From NCBI RefSeq assembly GCF_001194135.2, contig NC_068984.1, positions 134,943,802 to 134,977,170 of the forward strand: 33,369 nucleotides of DNA, read 5' to 3'. The notes under the pieces were generated by a model. That model worked only from the letters and a program-made list of their open reading frames with translations. It did not search any database and was not told the origin of the DNA. Shown here in pieces: positions 12,735 to 25,092 of this stretch (the stretch's first letter is position 1; each line of letters begins with the position of its first letter). Source of the stretch: Octopus bimaculoides. Its lineage: Eukaryota. A program made the position numbers and the translations under genes.

Positions 12735-12969
12735 GTCGATTCACTACCATCATTCATGCAATTAAACGATAAAAAATCCCTGTTGAGTTGTTTAAAATCA
12801 ACAGGAACAGTGACTAAGTAAGATAACTTGAATAAAGTGAGTTAATTGAAATTTTCGGGGAAACTTTAATCAATAGATTGCGCTAGATTTAGTCTTAAGT
12901 ATCCTGGTCGAAGCAACTGAGTTGTCTGTGTGCCATATTATCAACGATGCATTTTCACCCTTGTTAGAA
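12735..12969 (+). repeat. Direct repeat, copy 2
   Basis: Collinear with 11286-11527. Confidence 0.95.
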
Positions 12970-13004
12970 AGATTATAAAAGATAATGGTAATAATAATAT
13001 TAAC

Positions 13005-13270
13005 AATGCAAAAAGGTGGTACGAACATAAACGTGAAGGCATCATCGAAAATGATAATGCAAAGATCCCATGGGATTTTAGGACTGAGTGCGACCATGAG
13101 ATCGAGAATAGGAAGCTAGTCGTAGTGTTAAGTGAGAAAGGAAGCAAGCGATGCTGGATCATAGACATAGTATGCCCAGCTGACAACAAGGTATGCGATA
13201 CGGAAGAAAGAAAAGTCGATAGATATGACAGGTTAGCTTGGGAGGTTAAGCAGTTGCGGTCACTGAAAAT
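13005..13270 (+). mobile_element. R4/Dong-like restriction-like endonuclease (RLE) domain fragment
   Basis: KRWYEHKREGIIENDNAKIPWDFRTECDHEIENRKLVVVLSEKGSKRCWIIDIVCPAD...EERKVDRYDRL matches the WYEHxPxxVxEN...ILWDF...RKPD...IIDIACP...EEEKxxKY pattern; the catalytic RKPD motif is eroded. Confidence 0.9.
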
Positions 13271-13572
13271 CATTGTTTCATATTACTCCTCTGATCGATA
13301 AACATGACTTCATTAATCCCACACGAGGTGATCTGCATTTACCTGTGATATTTATGAAGTCTGTGATATCGTCAGTTAAAATGATGTACTCCTGTGTCGC
13401 TGGCTTCTTGCTGTGGATCCGCATCAAAACGTTAAGTTATCTTGCTTCTGTTCACGTGAAGAAAGACGTCGTCAGCCCAAAGAAACTAATATACACGGTT
13501 ACTCGATATGACAAAATAGCAACCATGGCTTTGCACCAAAGTCTTTAAAATGAAAGAATACACTGGTTAACT

Positions 13573-13767
13573 CTTTCTACCGTAGAGCCAAGGTCGGAAA
13601 TTTTGGGTGAGAATGCAAATCGATCACACCGCCGCTCAATTGGTACTTGTTTTATCAATTCCTAAAAGATAAATGGTAACATCGATCTCTGCAGAATTTG
13701 AACTCAAAAGGTAAATGCAGCTAAGCATTTTGTCCAGCGTGCAAACAATTCTGCCAACCCGTTGCCT
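13573..13767 (-). mobile_element. Diverged SINE family A
   Basis: Minus strand GGCAACGGGTTGGCAGAATTG...GAGTTCAAATTCTG...AAACAAGTACCAATTGAG; homologous to 8365-8580. Confidence 0.8.
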
Positions 13768-16700
13768 TTTGTGCTGAATATAATACTAGAAAGAATGGTT
13801 TCAATTAGAACTTCTTTTCAACGAGAAAAAAAAAACCTAGAGACAGAAAGAAATATATTTGCATATGAAAGATAGAAATGTTCTGAAATTAACGGTTCTT
13901 TAGGATACAATAGAAAATATTTACAAAATTAACAATAACAATATATTCTCACACTTATTCTCAGATAATAAAATACATTAAAACATCACATGAACCAATA
14001 ATAAATCACTGCAAAATCTGAGCAGAATAGTTTGAAGTATCGCCATAATTTCGCTTCTTTTATTTTTTCGTCCCGCAGTTAATTCAAATGACAGATGTGA
14101 AAGAAATACTTCACACATAAAATATACATCTGTAGTCAATTTAAGCAATAAGCCACACACAATCAAAGAACACAGAATCTACGTTCAGTGCAATATAACC
14201 ATAGTGATACTAAAGATACATTTACATAACTAAAAACAAATTAACCTTAAACAACATTTACGTCACTTAAGCACCTGGAGTTGCATAAAACTAGAGTCTA
14301 CATGCAACCGCTCTACAATATTTGAAATGTATTTAAATAACTGTATTTAAAGCAAATCGGTGGACAAATATACTGAGTTCTCACAGACACCATATATGAC
14401 CAACAGACAATAGAATTAGTGTACCCAGGCACGTGTGCGCTCTGAAACCGTGAACAGAACGAAAGAGTAACGAGAATGCTAGTTCAGCACCATCTAAAGA
14501 ACTTCACATGTCTCTCTCATTTTGCCTAGAAAGACATTAAGCCAGACATTGACAAAAATGCTTCAGAAGTATCATTAGCATCAATATGCTTCAGGCGTGC
14601 GCTGAGATGAACAGCACCACTGCTAGTAGCAAAGAGCATTAGCTAGTGAATTAGGACAGGGTTTGTCTTGACTTCTGCTGTGGCCAAGTGAAGACGCATC
14701 TATATATGCAGCCACATGACTGAAACAAATAAAAGAATGTATACTGTACACTGTTCAATATACTCATCAACTGGACGGTTGTTTGGCATATCTAGAGTGA
14801 CAGATAACTAGAAGAAACGTCATTGATCAGCTGACTATTTACGTAACAAAGATTGACTAGTTCAGGGCTGTTGTAAGGCTGTATAACAACAGCAAAGTAA
14901 TCACAAGCACAAACAATAACAAATGAGCCGTTATGACAATGAAACGGAGATAGAATATAGCGATAGTGCTTCAAATCTGTCATTCGTGAAAAGCAATGGT
15001 TTTTTTCTAAACAAATGAAGCCCACAAAACCTACAATTGCACACTAGGATCTGTGAGCCGCCTATGAATGTATCTGATTCAGATTCTAGATGTATTCATC
15101 GGCAATATGCAGTTATAGGCAGACGATATCTATACTATGTGTGACATAGCTGCACAGAAGAGAGTTGTGTTTCACAAAATTGCATAAAAGATGAATTTCA
15201 TGAGAACACTGCTATTCACAAAACGTAAATCTGAAACATCGTAGTGTAAATTGGATTATACTAGAGGGAAAACTAATATAGTAGACTCAAACATTTGGAG
15301 TCCGAAAATAGTCTCAAAGAATCTTAGTAAATGAAGAAGTTTAGAGACTATAAAACATCTCATGTACAACAAATTATATTACAAGAGATATGTTATATCT
15401 TAGATAACAAAATATACTTTAAGATGCCCACAAAGTCATGCAACACATAGAATCGCAGTAATTTTGGAGATGTTACATACGAACGTAGAAATTTCACCTC
15501 TTTGCTTTTTCTCTAGACGCCACTTTGAAAGTTCCATACATTAGATAGATTAATGTACTCAGTTATAGATATTTGAGTTAGTGCATGTAGGGAGCGTACA
15601 AAAAAAAAGGCTGATTACATCTGGCTACATGGCGCGGTAAAAATCAATACTATTAACGACTATTGTTATTTCTCCCGAGACGATTCGCTCTCATTTGACC
15701 TCATCAGCGATACGAAGTCTTTGTCAACGTATTTGCCTATATCAACTCATCTAACACATACTCTACGGAATGCCATCAAACCTATTACCTTGTATTTGTC
15801 AGTAGTGATAAAATAATAATTATGTAAACGAACAATATTGTAGATTGGTTAGCGCAGGAAAAGGTAATTTTTTTCGGAGAATAAATAATTCAGAGACGCC
15901 ATTCGATGAAAAACACTAAGCTGTATCAGTATAAAGATATTTATTGTGAGAAACATTGAAAATCTTTCTCGAATAATTATACGATGTAGAAAGAGCAATA
16001 GTAGTCTATGATTAATTGTATTTTCATTTAATGATAAGTGTGGACGACAATATTACCAGATATGGTTTGGACTTACAATACCACACCAACAAAAGAGCAT
16101 AAATAATACTATTGTCATAACAATCGGAAAAAAAATATTTGAACATACTACTATGAGAAACCTCAATTAAAAACAACCTCGCAGAATGCTAACTTGTTGA
16201 TGAACATTTGATAAGCAGTAGACATTTTTTAAAATTCTTATATATATATNNNNNNNNNNNNNNNNNNNNNNNNNNNNNNNNNNNNNNNNNNNNNNNNNNN
16301 NNNNNNNNNNNNNNNNNNNNNNNNNNNNNNNNNNNNNNNNNNNNNNNNNNNNNNNNNNNNNNNNNNNNNNNNNNNNNNNNNNNNNNNNNNNNNNNNNNNN
16401 NNNNNNNNNNNNNNNNNNNNNNNNNNNNNNNNNNNNNNNNNNNNNNNNNNNNNNNNNNNNNNNNNNNNNNNNNNNNNNNNNNNNNNNNNNNNNNNNNNNN
16501 NNNNNNNNNNNNNNNNNNNNNNNNNNNNNNNNNNNNNNNNNNNNNNNNNNNNNNNNNNNNNNNNNNNNNNNNNNNNNNNNNNNNNNNNNNNNNNNNNNNN
16601 NNNNNNNNNNNNNNNNNNNNNNNNNNNNNNNNNNNNNNNNNNNNNNNNNNNNNNNNNNNNNNNNNNNNNNNNNNNNNNNNNNNNNNNNNNNNNNNNNNNN

Positions 16701-18199
16701 NNNNNNNNNNNNNNNNNNNNNNNNNNNNNNNNNNNNNNNNNNNNNNNNNNNNNNNNNNNNNNNNNNNNNNNNNNNNNNNNNNNNNNNNNNNNNNNNNNNN
16801 NNNNNNNNNNNNNNNNNNNNNNNNNNNNNNNNNNNNNNNNNNNNNNNNNNNNNNNNNNNNNNNNTATATATATATATATGCCAGGTTGCTTACTTGAATG
16901 ATCATTTATACAACTATTCGAGATGTATGGCCAAACTCCTATTTCGTTTTGCTAAAAGAAGATTTGAATATAATGCAATGTCAAATCTCAGTGCGCAAGT
17001 TTAAGATGTTTTTTTTTCCTTTTCACCTCTCTTTGAAAAAAACTTTTACACACGGAAAATTTATTTGTTCCCACAATAACTCCTATATTCAACGTTAATT
17101 TATAATATATTTCCCAAAGTAGGACTTAAAATATTCTTAACAGATTATTTTGAAATTTGATTTCTCTTTTTTTAAGGATACTTACAACTCATTTTATCAT
17201 TGTTCAACGTTCTGAGCAATAGGATTGAACCAGAAACTGTTGGCTTGCAAATCGGATGATGTTTTTCCGAGAGAACCATGTCCGCACTTATATATTTATA
17301 TCAGGTGTATATAATTACATCGGATAAATACCAAAACCGTTGAAACGTATGTTTTCTTTTTACCAATATACAGATATGTACACAAAAGACTCGACACTAC
17401 CGTAGGATTACACGTCAGGATTACACGTCAAGCTGCAAAATTTCATGACGTCACTTAAATCCATGCGATCTTTATTGAGAACCAAACACTAACAGCATTT
17501 TAGACTGGAAAAGCTTCTCATTTTCAGAACACCAATTACCTCATTAATATCAAACAAAGATAACGAGTTAATTTCTATGTTCTAGCGCAGACAATTTTAT
17601 TTACCTTAATTCCTGGCAGACATCTCGCTAGCAACATCATCGAAATATGATAGCGCTAAAGTGAACATATTTTAGTCATGGTTTCTGTTTTTCTTTATTT
17701 AAATATACATACTTATATTCAAATATAGTCATTTTCCCAGAGGTTGTTTTTACAAAAATCACATCGATATATTTAATAAATTTATACATAATTTAAATTT
17801 TCAGACGAGGGCTTATGTTAATACATCTATAAACGTACGCTTCGTAGCTAAAATACTCAATAATCAACATCAATAATTCTGAAATACTACAACAGAAATT
17901 TTAATGGTTAGATTTATTAATAATTAATAAATGTACACGTTAACATATTCTTCGTTCTAGGCGTGGATGGATAATTCCTTCTATTGCTATAAAATTCAAA
18001 TAACAGTAAACATATACGTATTATTTTTCTTTTTTAATTTAGGCCTTGAGAGAGTTTAAGCCGGTTGCTCACAAAGCAATAACACTGTTTGAATTAAGAG
18101 AGTTTCCGTTGTTTGTAATTGTGGTTGAGTTAGTCCGTTGGTTGAACTGTCAATGCATACACCCAAGTGCATGCATCTATTCATATAAGAGTCTCTGAC

Positions 18200-18400
18200 G
18201 GAACATCTCTGGAATGTCTTACACATCTCCATCGTGCCTCTTATAGATTGGATTTGGAGAATCTGCGTCGGTTTCTTTTGCTCTTTTTCCGTGAAACCAA
18301 GTTTTTCTAGGTTTTTGTACAAATTCGTTGGTAGGTGCAAATCAAAATTCATAGTCAGGGTACAAGAGTCACGGGGACCAAGGTCTTGATTGTCGGGAGG
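18200..18400 (-). mobile_element. Decayed C-terminus of another RLE-type non-LTR retrotransposon (clade uncertain, NeSL/HERO-like)
   Basis: LLYPDYEF in one frame, then LPTNLYKNLEKLGFTEKEQKKPTQILQIQSIRGTMEMCKTF in the adjacent frame; resembles the LEKLGF...LQIQSISGTVKICKTF tails of RLE elements. Confidence 0.5.
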
Positions 18401-18455
18401 TTGAGAGACACTTTCGATGCTGACATCCGTCAAATAATAGAATTACAATGATGGA

Positions 18456-18486
<31 letters not shown>

Positions 18487-19235
18487 AAGGGCATTATTAC
18501 AGAAAATAATAACGCCACACAGTGGACTTCTCAAAATAACCACATTTAGTACCTAATGCGAGGAAAAACAACCAACAGAAGACGACCAACTTTCTTATCG
18601 CGAAATCGGCCGATACACAGTTAAGTTTATTTAAAAGAAAGTTGGTCGTCTTCTGTTGNNNNNNNNNNNNNNNNNNNNNNNNNNNNNNNNNNNNNNNNNN
18701 NNNNNNNNNNNNNNNNNNNNNNNNNNNNNNNNNNNNNNNNNNNNNNNNNNNNNNNNNNNNNNNNNNNNNNNNNNNNNNNNNNNNNNNNNNNNNNNNNNNN
18801 NNNNNNNNNNNNNNNNNNNNNNNNNNNNNNNNNNNNNNNNNNNNNNNNNNTCCGTCAAATAATAGAATTACAATGATGGAATATATATATATATATATAT
18901 ATATTTCCTCTCTTTACCCTTCTCACACCGTCGCTGATGATCGGATATCCATAATATCCCAGAAACAGCTGTGAGACTATTTTCTTATAAATGTCTTGAA
19001 AACTCCTCACAGCCTTGGCTTTGTTATCTAATTCTATCCATTACACACACACACGCATATATATAGATACATATATAAATATACATACACTTATCTATAT
19101 ATTTATATATACATACATGCATACACACATACACAAACACATATATGTGTGGACATATGTACAGTACTGTTCAATTAAAAATTAGGTTGCGATAAATTAG
19201 TACTCATGCACCGAGTTGTATGTATGACTGTATAA

Positions 19236-19354
<119 letters not shown>

Positions 19355-19699
19355 CATGTGTACGTGTATGTCTAAGGGTACATGTTTAATCAGATTCTGT
19401 TGCAGCAAACAGCGTCTGCTTGATGCAGTCGACTTATATAATACACGGTGTATCGTAACGTATTTCCAATATCTTTATTAGTATTATTTTTCGGAGGTAG
19501 AATAGTAATTAATTACATTGACATGTGATTGTCTGTTCAATGTTCATTTCGTTTGCTTGTGTTTTTACTTTTTATATGCTGAATATCATTCACCGAGTAA
19601 CCTTATATTAAATACCTCAGCATTTTCGTTTGTAATTGAAACGAAAATACTTCCTAAACCCCATCCCTTCCCATTGTTACCTTTTAGAGCTGTCATTAG

Positions 19700-20125
19700 T
19701 ATTGTCCTCCCCACCACCATTTTTATCCTCCCCACCACTACCATGATCACTACTACCACCACCATCACCACCACCACCACCACCACCACCAGCGCCGCCG
19801 CCGCCACCGCTGCCACCAGCGCCGCCGCCACCACCGCTGCCACCAGCACCGCCGCCACCGTCGCCACCGCCGCCTCCGCCGCCACCGCCACCTTTCCCTC
19901 TTCCCCTCCTCCTCCTCCTCCTCCTNNNNNNNNNNNNNNNNNNNNNNNNNNNNNNNNNNNNNNNNNNNNNNNNNNNNNNNNNNNNNNNNNNNNNNNNNNN
20001 NNNNNNNNNNNNNNNNNNNNNNNNNNNNNNNNNNNNNNNNATCACATTCACCTCCACCAGCACAAACGCAACCACCACCGCTACCGCAAGCTCCACCACA
20101 ACTACCACCACCCACCACAATCCCC
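19700..20125. repeat. GC-rich (ACC)n/(GCC)n/(CCT)n trinucleotide array with a 27-bp higher-order unit; interrupted by an N gap at 19926-20040
   Basis: AGCGCCGCCGCC(G/A)CCACCGCTGCCACC twice from 19791, then a 24-bp variant. Confidence 0.9.
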
Positions 20126-21546
20126 GCTTCCCCCGAAACATTTTAATGCAAATTGTAGTTATTATCATCTATACTTCTAACTCGCCTATGAATTTTTTTA
20201 GTGCTCCGACGTAAATTTGACTAACGGGAACAAATTTTCTTTTGATTTTTCAAACCCCATAGGAACAGTAAATAGATTTAAAGAATAATTTTGTTTGCAT
20301 TACGCTATACGTTTTGAAAATTTGTTACACGTATTGTTGTAGCGGTTATTGTCTTATGACTTAGAATAATTCCATTGCTGTTCATAGAAAATGATGACGT
20401 CATAAGCTGTTAGTTAGATAGTAGACCGTTCATTGAAATTCCGGTTTATATCATTCTTGGCTTTTAGTCACCATTGTTTTAAAAAATGTTATGAGAGACG
20501 AAACAATGGACGATATAGAAATTAAAGGAGAAATGGGGATAAGGGAAAGTAAAATGTCTTTTAACGAAAGGTATTTAGTAATAATGTGCATTTCGTCACA
20601 GGAAATTGTACAATAATGTTTTCTCCAAGAGCTTGTTCTTCTTTAAAGATATATATAAAGAGGAATCTATGTGTAGGTATATGTATAGATATACATACAT
20701 GCATATATATATATATATATANNNNNNNNNNNNNNNNNNNNNNNNNNNNNNNNNNNNNNNNNNNNNNNNNNNNNNNNNNNNNNNNNNNNNNNNNNNNNNN
20801 NNNNNNNNNNNNNNNNNNNNNNNNNNNNNNNNNNNNNNNNNNNNNNNNNNNNNNNNNNNNNNNNNNNNNNNNNNNNNNNNNNNNNNNNNNNNNNNNNNNN
20901 NNNNNNNNNNNNNNNNNNNNNNNNNNNNNNNNNNNNNNNNNNNNNNNNNNNNNNNNNNNNNNNNNNNNNNNNNNNNNNNNNNNNNNNNNNNNNNNNNNNN
21001 NNNNNNNNNNNNNNNNNNNNNNNNNNNNNNNNNNNNNNNNNNNNNNNNNNNNNNNNNNNNNNNNNNNNNNNNNNNNNNNNNNNNNNNNNNNNNNNNNNNN
21101 NNNNNNNNNNNNNNNNNNNNNNNNNNNNNNNNNNNNNNNNNNNNNNNNNNNNNNNNNNNNNNNNNNNNNNNNNNNNNNNNNNNNNNNNNNNNNNNNNNNN
21201 NNNNNNNNNNNNNNNNNNNNNNNNNNNNNNNNNNNNNNNNNNNNNNNNNNNNNNNNNNNNNNNNNNNNNNNNNNNNNNNNNNNNNNNNNNNNNNNNNNNN
21301 NNNNNNNNNNNNNNNNNNNNNNNNNNNNNNNNNNNNNNNNNNNNNNNNNNNNNNNNNNNNNNNNNNNNNNNNNNNNNNNNNNNNNNNNNNNNNNNNNNNN
21401 NNNNNNNNNNNNNNNNNNNNNNNNNNNNNNNNNNNNNNNNNNNNNNNNNNNNNNNNNNNNNNNNNNNNNNNNNNNNNNNNNNNNNNNNNNNNNNNNNNNN
21501 NNNNNNNNNNNNNNNNNNNNNNNNNNNNNNNNNNNNATATATATAG

Positions 21547-21870
21547 TCGCAGCAGTGGCTGTGTGGTAAGTAGCTTGCTTACCAACCACATGGTTCCGTG
21601 GCAGCTTGGGTAAGTGTCTTCTAATATAGCCTTGGGCCAACCAAAGCCTTGTGAGTGGATTTGGTAGACGGAAACTGAAAGAAGCCCGTCGTATAAATGT
21701 ATATATATGTATGTGTGTGTATGTATATGTTTGTGTAGTTGCGTCCCCATAAAGATACCGATAGAATAAGTACTAGTCCTGGGCTCGATTCGCTCGGCTA
21801 AAGGCAGTGGGGTGCTCCACCTTGGCCGCAGTCAAATGACTGAAACAAGTAAAAGAAAAGGATAAAAGAA
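21547..21870 (+). mobile_element. tRNA-derived SINE family B (CORE-like motif) with internal microsatellite; B box deleted
   Basis: GCAGTGGCTGTGTGGTAAG head, CTTGGGTAAGT CORE-like motif, AAAGCCTTGTGAGTGGATTTGGTAGACGGAAAC body, GACTGAAACAAGTAAAAG tail; homologous to 30537-30993. Confidence 0.9.
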
Positions 21871-22190
21871 CACACACACACACGCACACACATATATACT
21901 TATACATAAGAAAGCTTTTCTCTATAGAGATGATTATATGCACAAATATATACTTGTATACACACAAACACACACACACACACACACATGTATTTATGTA
22001 TGTACATAAATATATGCGTCCGTATTAGTATGTAGTTATGTATTTGTATGTGTATATGTGTGTGTGTGTGTGTGTATGTATGTATGCGTGTATGTGAGTA
22101 AGTAGATATTTGCTCTCACATGCCGAGTTCAAACGTATTCGTGTTGGATTATATCAATTACTGGAGAGTGGGCAGGTATCGAAGTCTTTT

Positions 22191-22702
22191 CCCCACGAGA
22201 GTTCCGGACTCCAGTAATGAACTCATTTGCATACAACCAGCCAGAGTTCACTTTGACCTTGTTGTCAACTTAACAAACACACTCTACCGAGTAAAGTTAA
22301 GCCGAAGAACTGTGTTGCAAGTCGACCGATCGCCATGTTATGCCTGATTTTAGGAGACAAGTAATTGAATAGATTTGCATCTATATCGGATTTTGTTAGG
22401 GCACCATATGGTAAAGATGTGGATGGGAAACTGTGGGATAGAAAGTGTTGTGCTAGCAACCCCTTCCCCTTACTGTTTTACAAAGTAAACAACAAGAAAA
22501 ATAACTACGCAAAGGCAGCCATGTTTGAAACAAGAACAAGAACAACAAGCATTATTAAAAGAGAAAAGAAGCATGGTCATTCCTTACACAAGTGACCTTA
22601 TCACCGATCACTTGTTATGCGCTTATAAATCAGTTTAATAGTTGAGCCCTGATTGGCTGTATGCAAATGAGTTCATAACTGGAGTCCGGAACTCGCATGA
22701 GG
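22191..22702. mobile_element. MITE-like element with long terminal inverted repeats
   Basis: Arms 22199-22235 and 22658-22694 match at 36 of 37 bases in inverted orientation, with imperfect extension on both sides; no coding capacity recognised; no TSD identified. Confidence 0.7.
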
Positions 22703-22829
22703 AAAAAAAAAGTATTCGCGGGCTGGTACTGGACGTATCATGATTAATTCCCTTCTCAAGCAAATTTAAAAGCAAGACGGTCCCTATAAAGGCATTTTAC
22801 TGAGAGCAGAATTGTATTTCCAACGGATT

Positions 22830-23435
22830 GCATCATCTTTTATCTTCTATTTTTACTTGTTTCTATCATAAGATTGCAGCAATGCTGGGACAATGCGTTT
22901 AAGAATGTTAGTCGTTTTCGTAAACCTGTTACTTATCCTATCGATATCTTCGGCCAAACCGCTTTGTTGCGGGACGTAACCACAACTATGCCAGTTGTTA
23001 AGCGGTGGTAGGCGTAACACAGACACAAAACCACACACTCAGATACACACACACACTCAGATACACACACACACACACACATACACACACACGTATGACG
23101 AACTTCTTTAGGTTTCCTTGTAGAAAATCCATCATCATCATCGTCGTTGTCGTCACCATGATCATGATCATGATTATTGTCATCATCATCGCGTTATCAT
23201 CATCGTCGTCATCATCACCATGATGGTAATCATCATCAACATCATCATCATCATAATCACCGTCATCGTCATCGTCATCGTCAACATCATCATGGTAATC
23301 ATCATTATCATCATCATCATCATCTTTGTTTGGCTCGACGCTATAGAAGAAGACACATTACCAAATTGCTACACAGTATGACTGAACCCGGAACCATGTG
23401 GTTGGGATGCAACCACTGAGCCACATCTTCGCCTA
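22830..23435 (-). mobile_element. SINE family B split by an internal (GAT)n array and (GT)n
   Basis: Head with GGTTCCGGGTTCAGTC near 23378-23395, body resumes TGGATTTTCTACAAGGAAACCTAAAGAAG near 23100-23135, tail GAAACAAGTAAAA near 22850-22865. Confidence 0.8.
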
Positions 23436-24457
23436 TAGTGAGAGCTAAATACAAAACAAAATGTATTTCTCAACGAGGTATAAACCAGAGCTGATTTACT
23501 ACAGAAAATGTCTAAATTCCTTTCAAATTGTATTTTAATACCCTTAATAAGGAAAAGTCTGATCGAGTAAATTTAGTTACAGAAATACTTGTAAAGAAAG
23601 ATGTGGTGACAAGGGCCGGAAGGCCTTTTTTATCATAGAACTGTAACTCACTGTTTCGACGAAAAATGTCCGAGAGGGAAAATTATTAGTCGTAAGATAT
23701 AATTACTGCAGTCGATTTCTTCGGCGAAATCCTTCAAAGTCCAGCTCCAGTATGGCCAGAATCTAATCGCTGAAACTGGTGGAAGATAAAAGAAAATACG
23801 ATCATGAAATGAAATGTAATTTATTAATAGTATTCCAGCTGCTTGTTGTTTTCTCAGATCTTCCGGTCATCACGACTCCATTCACGTACTAAAACTAATC
23901 AATCTACTAGTCCTTACCTGACATCCACAATGTACATTATATAAAGGTAAAAAATTGTGTTGGATTAATGCAGATTAATAAAAATAATAATTTCATAGAG
24001 CTTAAGCACTTCTCTAATTCATTCGCCAGTCAATCTCTTTCAATCTCTTTATCTCTTTTGCTCGTTCTTTATTTCTCCTTTTCTTCTTACCTATTTTAAC
24101 TCCGTGTCCAAGGCTGTATATTCGCGTGTCTCTTCATCAAATGTTTCCCGACGAAGAATACACAAATATGATGGACGCCATTCACACAGCTCCCTACGCC
24201 ATATTGTGTTGTCTTTCTCTACTTAAGTACACAGTTCCCGTTTATCACGAGTTGCATGCACTCTGTGAACCATTACAGTGGAAAATGGAAATCAATAACC
24301 TCCATTTTCCTCCTCATCATTGATGTGGTATAATTGTATTTGACGGTTTTATTTGTAGTTTTTACTTTATTTCGTTAAAACGCCACAAGGAACAAATGAA
24401 TTACGTAAAACATATGACAGTGAAACCGAACGCTATCAGCATCCTCACCTATACCCA

Positions 24458-24458
24458 G

Positions 24459-24508
<50 letters not shown>

Positions 24509-24565
24509 TTACTACTACTACTGCTACTGCTGCTGCTGCTGCTGCTGCTGCTTCTACTACTACCG
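24458..24565. repeat. Compound (CTA)n/(CTG)n microsatellite
   Basis: Direct reading of the sequence. Confidence 0.98.
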
Positions 24566-24752
24566 ACGTCATCTACAATTTCCTACGTTTGCTCCCCGTC
24601 CTCTTCTTTCTTTTTCTCCTCATTCCTTCTTCTCTTCATCAACCTGCCCATGACCACCACACGAAAGAACAGAAAAAGAACAGCGTCACCACCAACGAAG
24701 TTTAACAGCATCGCCACTGCTTCAAACATATCTACAAACACTATGAAGATAC

Positions 24753-24784
<32 letters not shown>

Positions 24785-24917
24785 ATGGTAGTAATCTTCT
24801 TAGTAGTAGTAGTAACAATAATAGTTATACAGTTCTATATTTAAGAGATGAGGAAGTATGTACATTATTTACATTATTTACATTTGATGGATATTTGTCC
24901 TCATCTTGTTTGTTGTT

Positions 24918-24963
24918 AACACAACGTTTCGGCTGATATACCCTCCAGCCTTCATCAGGTGTC
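24918..24963 (-). ncRNA. Minimal type I hammerhead ribozyme motif
   Basis: Minus strand GACAC-CTGATGA-A-GGCTG-GAGGGTATAT-CAGCC-GAAAC-GTT-GTGTT: intact CUGAUGA and GAAA core, 5-bp stem II, stem I GACAC/GUGUU (one G-U), loopless palindromic stem III (AACGTT). Predicted cleavage after GUU between 24923 and 24922. One extra A before stem II. Confidence 0.75.
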
Positions 24964-25017
24964 TTGGGGGTAATTTCGAACCTGCGTTCTCATTCCTAAG
25001 GCATTTTTCGATGCTGC

Positions 25018-25087
<70 letters not shown>

Positions 25088-25092
25088 GTTGT

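Noticed and set aside
16189-16905. Long ORFs spanning N runs (also 4557-4992, 18631-18974, 20561-21750, 28281-29180)
   Set aside because: Open only because assembly gaps contain no stop codons.
17605-17655. 51-nt minus-strand phase 0/0 exon-like segment (RYHISMMLLARCLPGIK); similar candidate at 10123-10193
   Set aside because: An equally good but incompatible candidate lies 21 nt away, showing that such short AG...GT frames arise by chance here; no independent support.
18573-18658. Perfect 24-bp inverted repeat with a 38-bp spacer running into a gap, plus duplication of 18426-18479 at 18851-18903
   Set aside because: Both features sit at the edges of one N gap, which is the pattern of fold-back chimeric reads or overlapping contig ends. 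Treated as an assembly artefact unless long reads confirm it. The resemblance to a Gateway att core is too short to mean anything.
23177-23419. His-rich ORF
   Set aside because: Antisense reading of a SINE containing a (GAT)n expansion.
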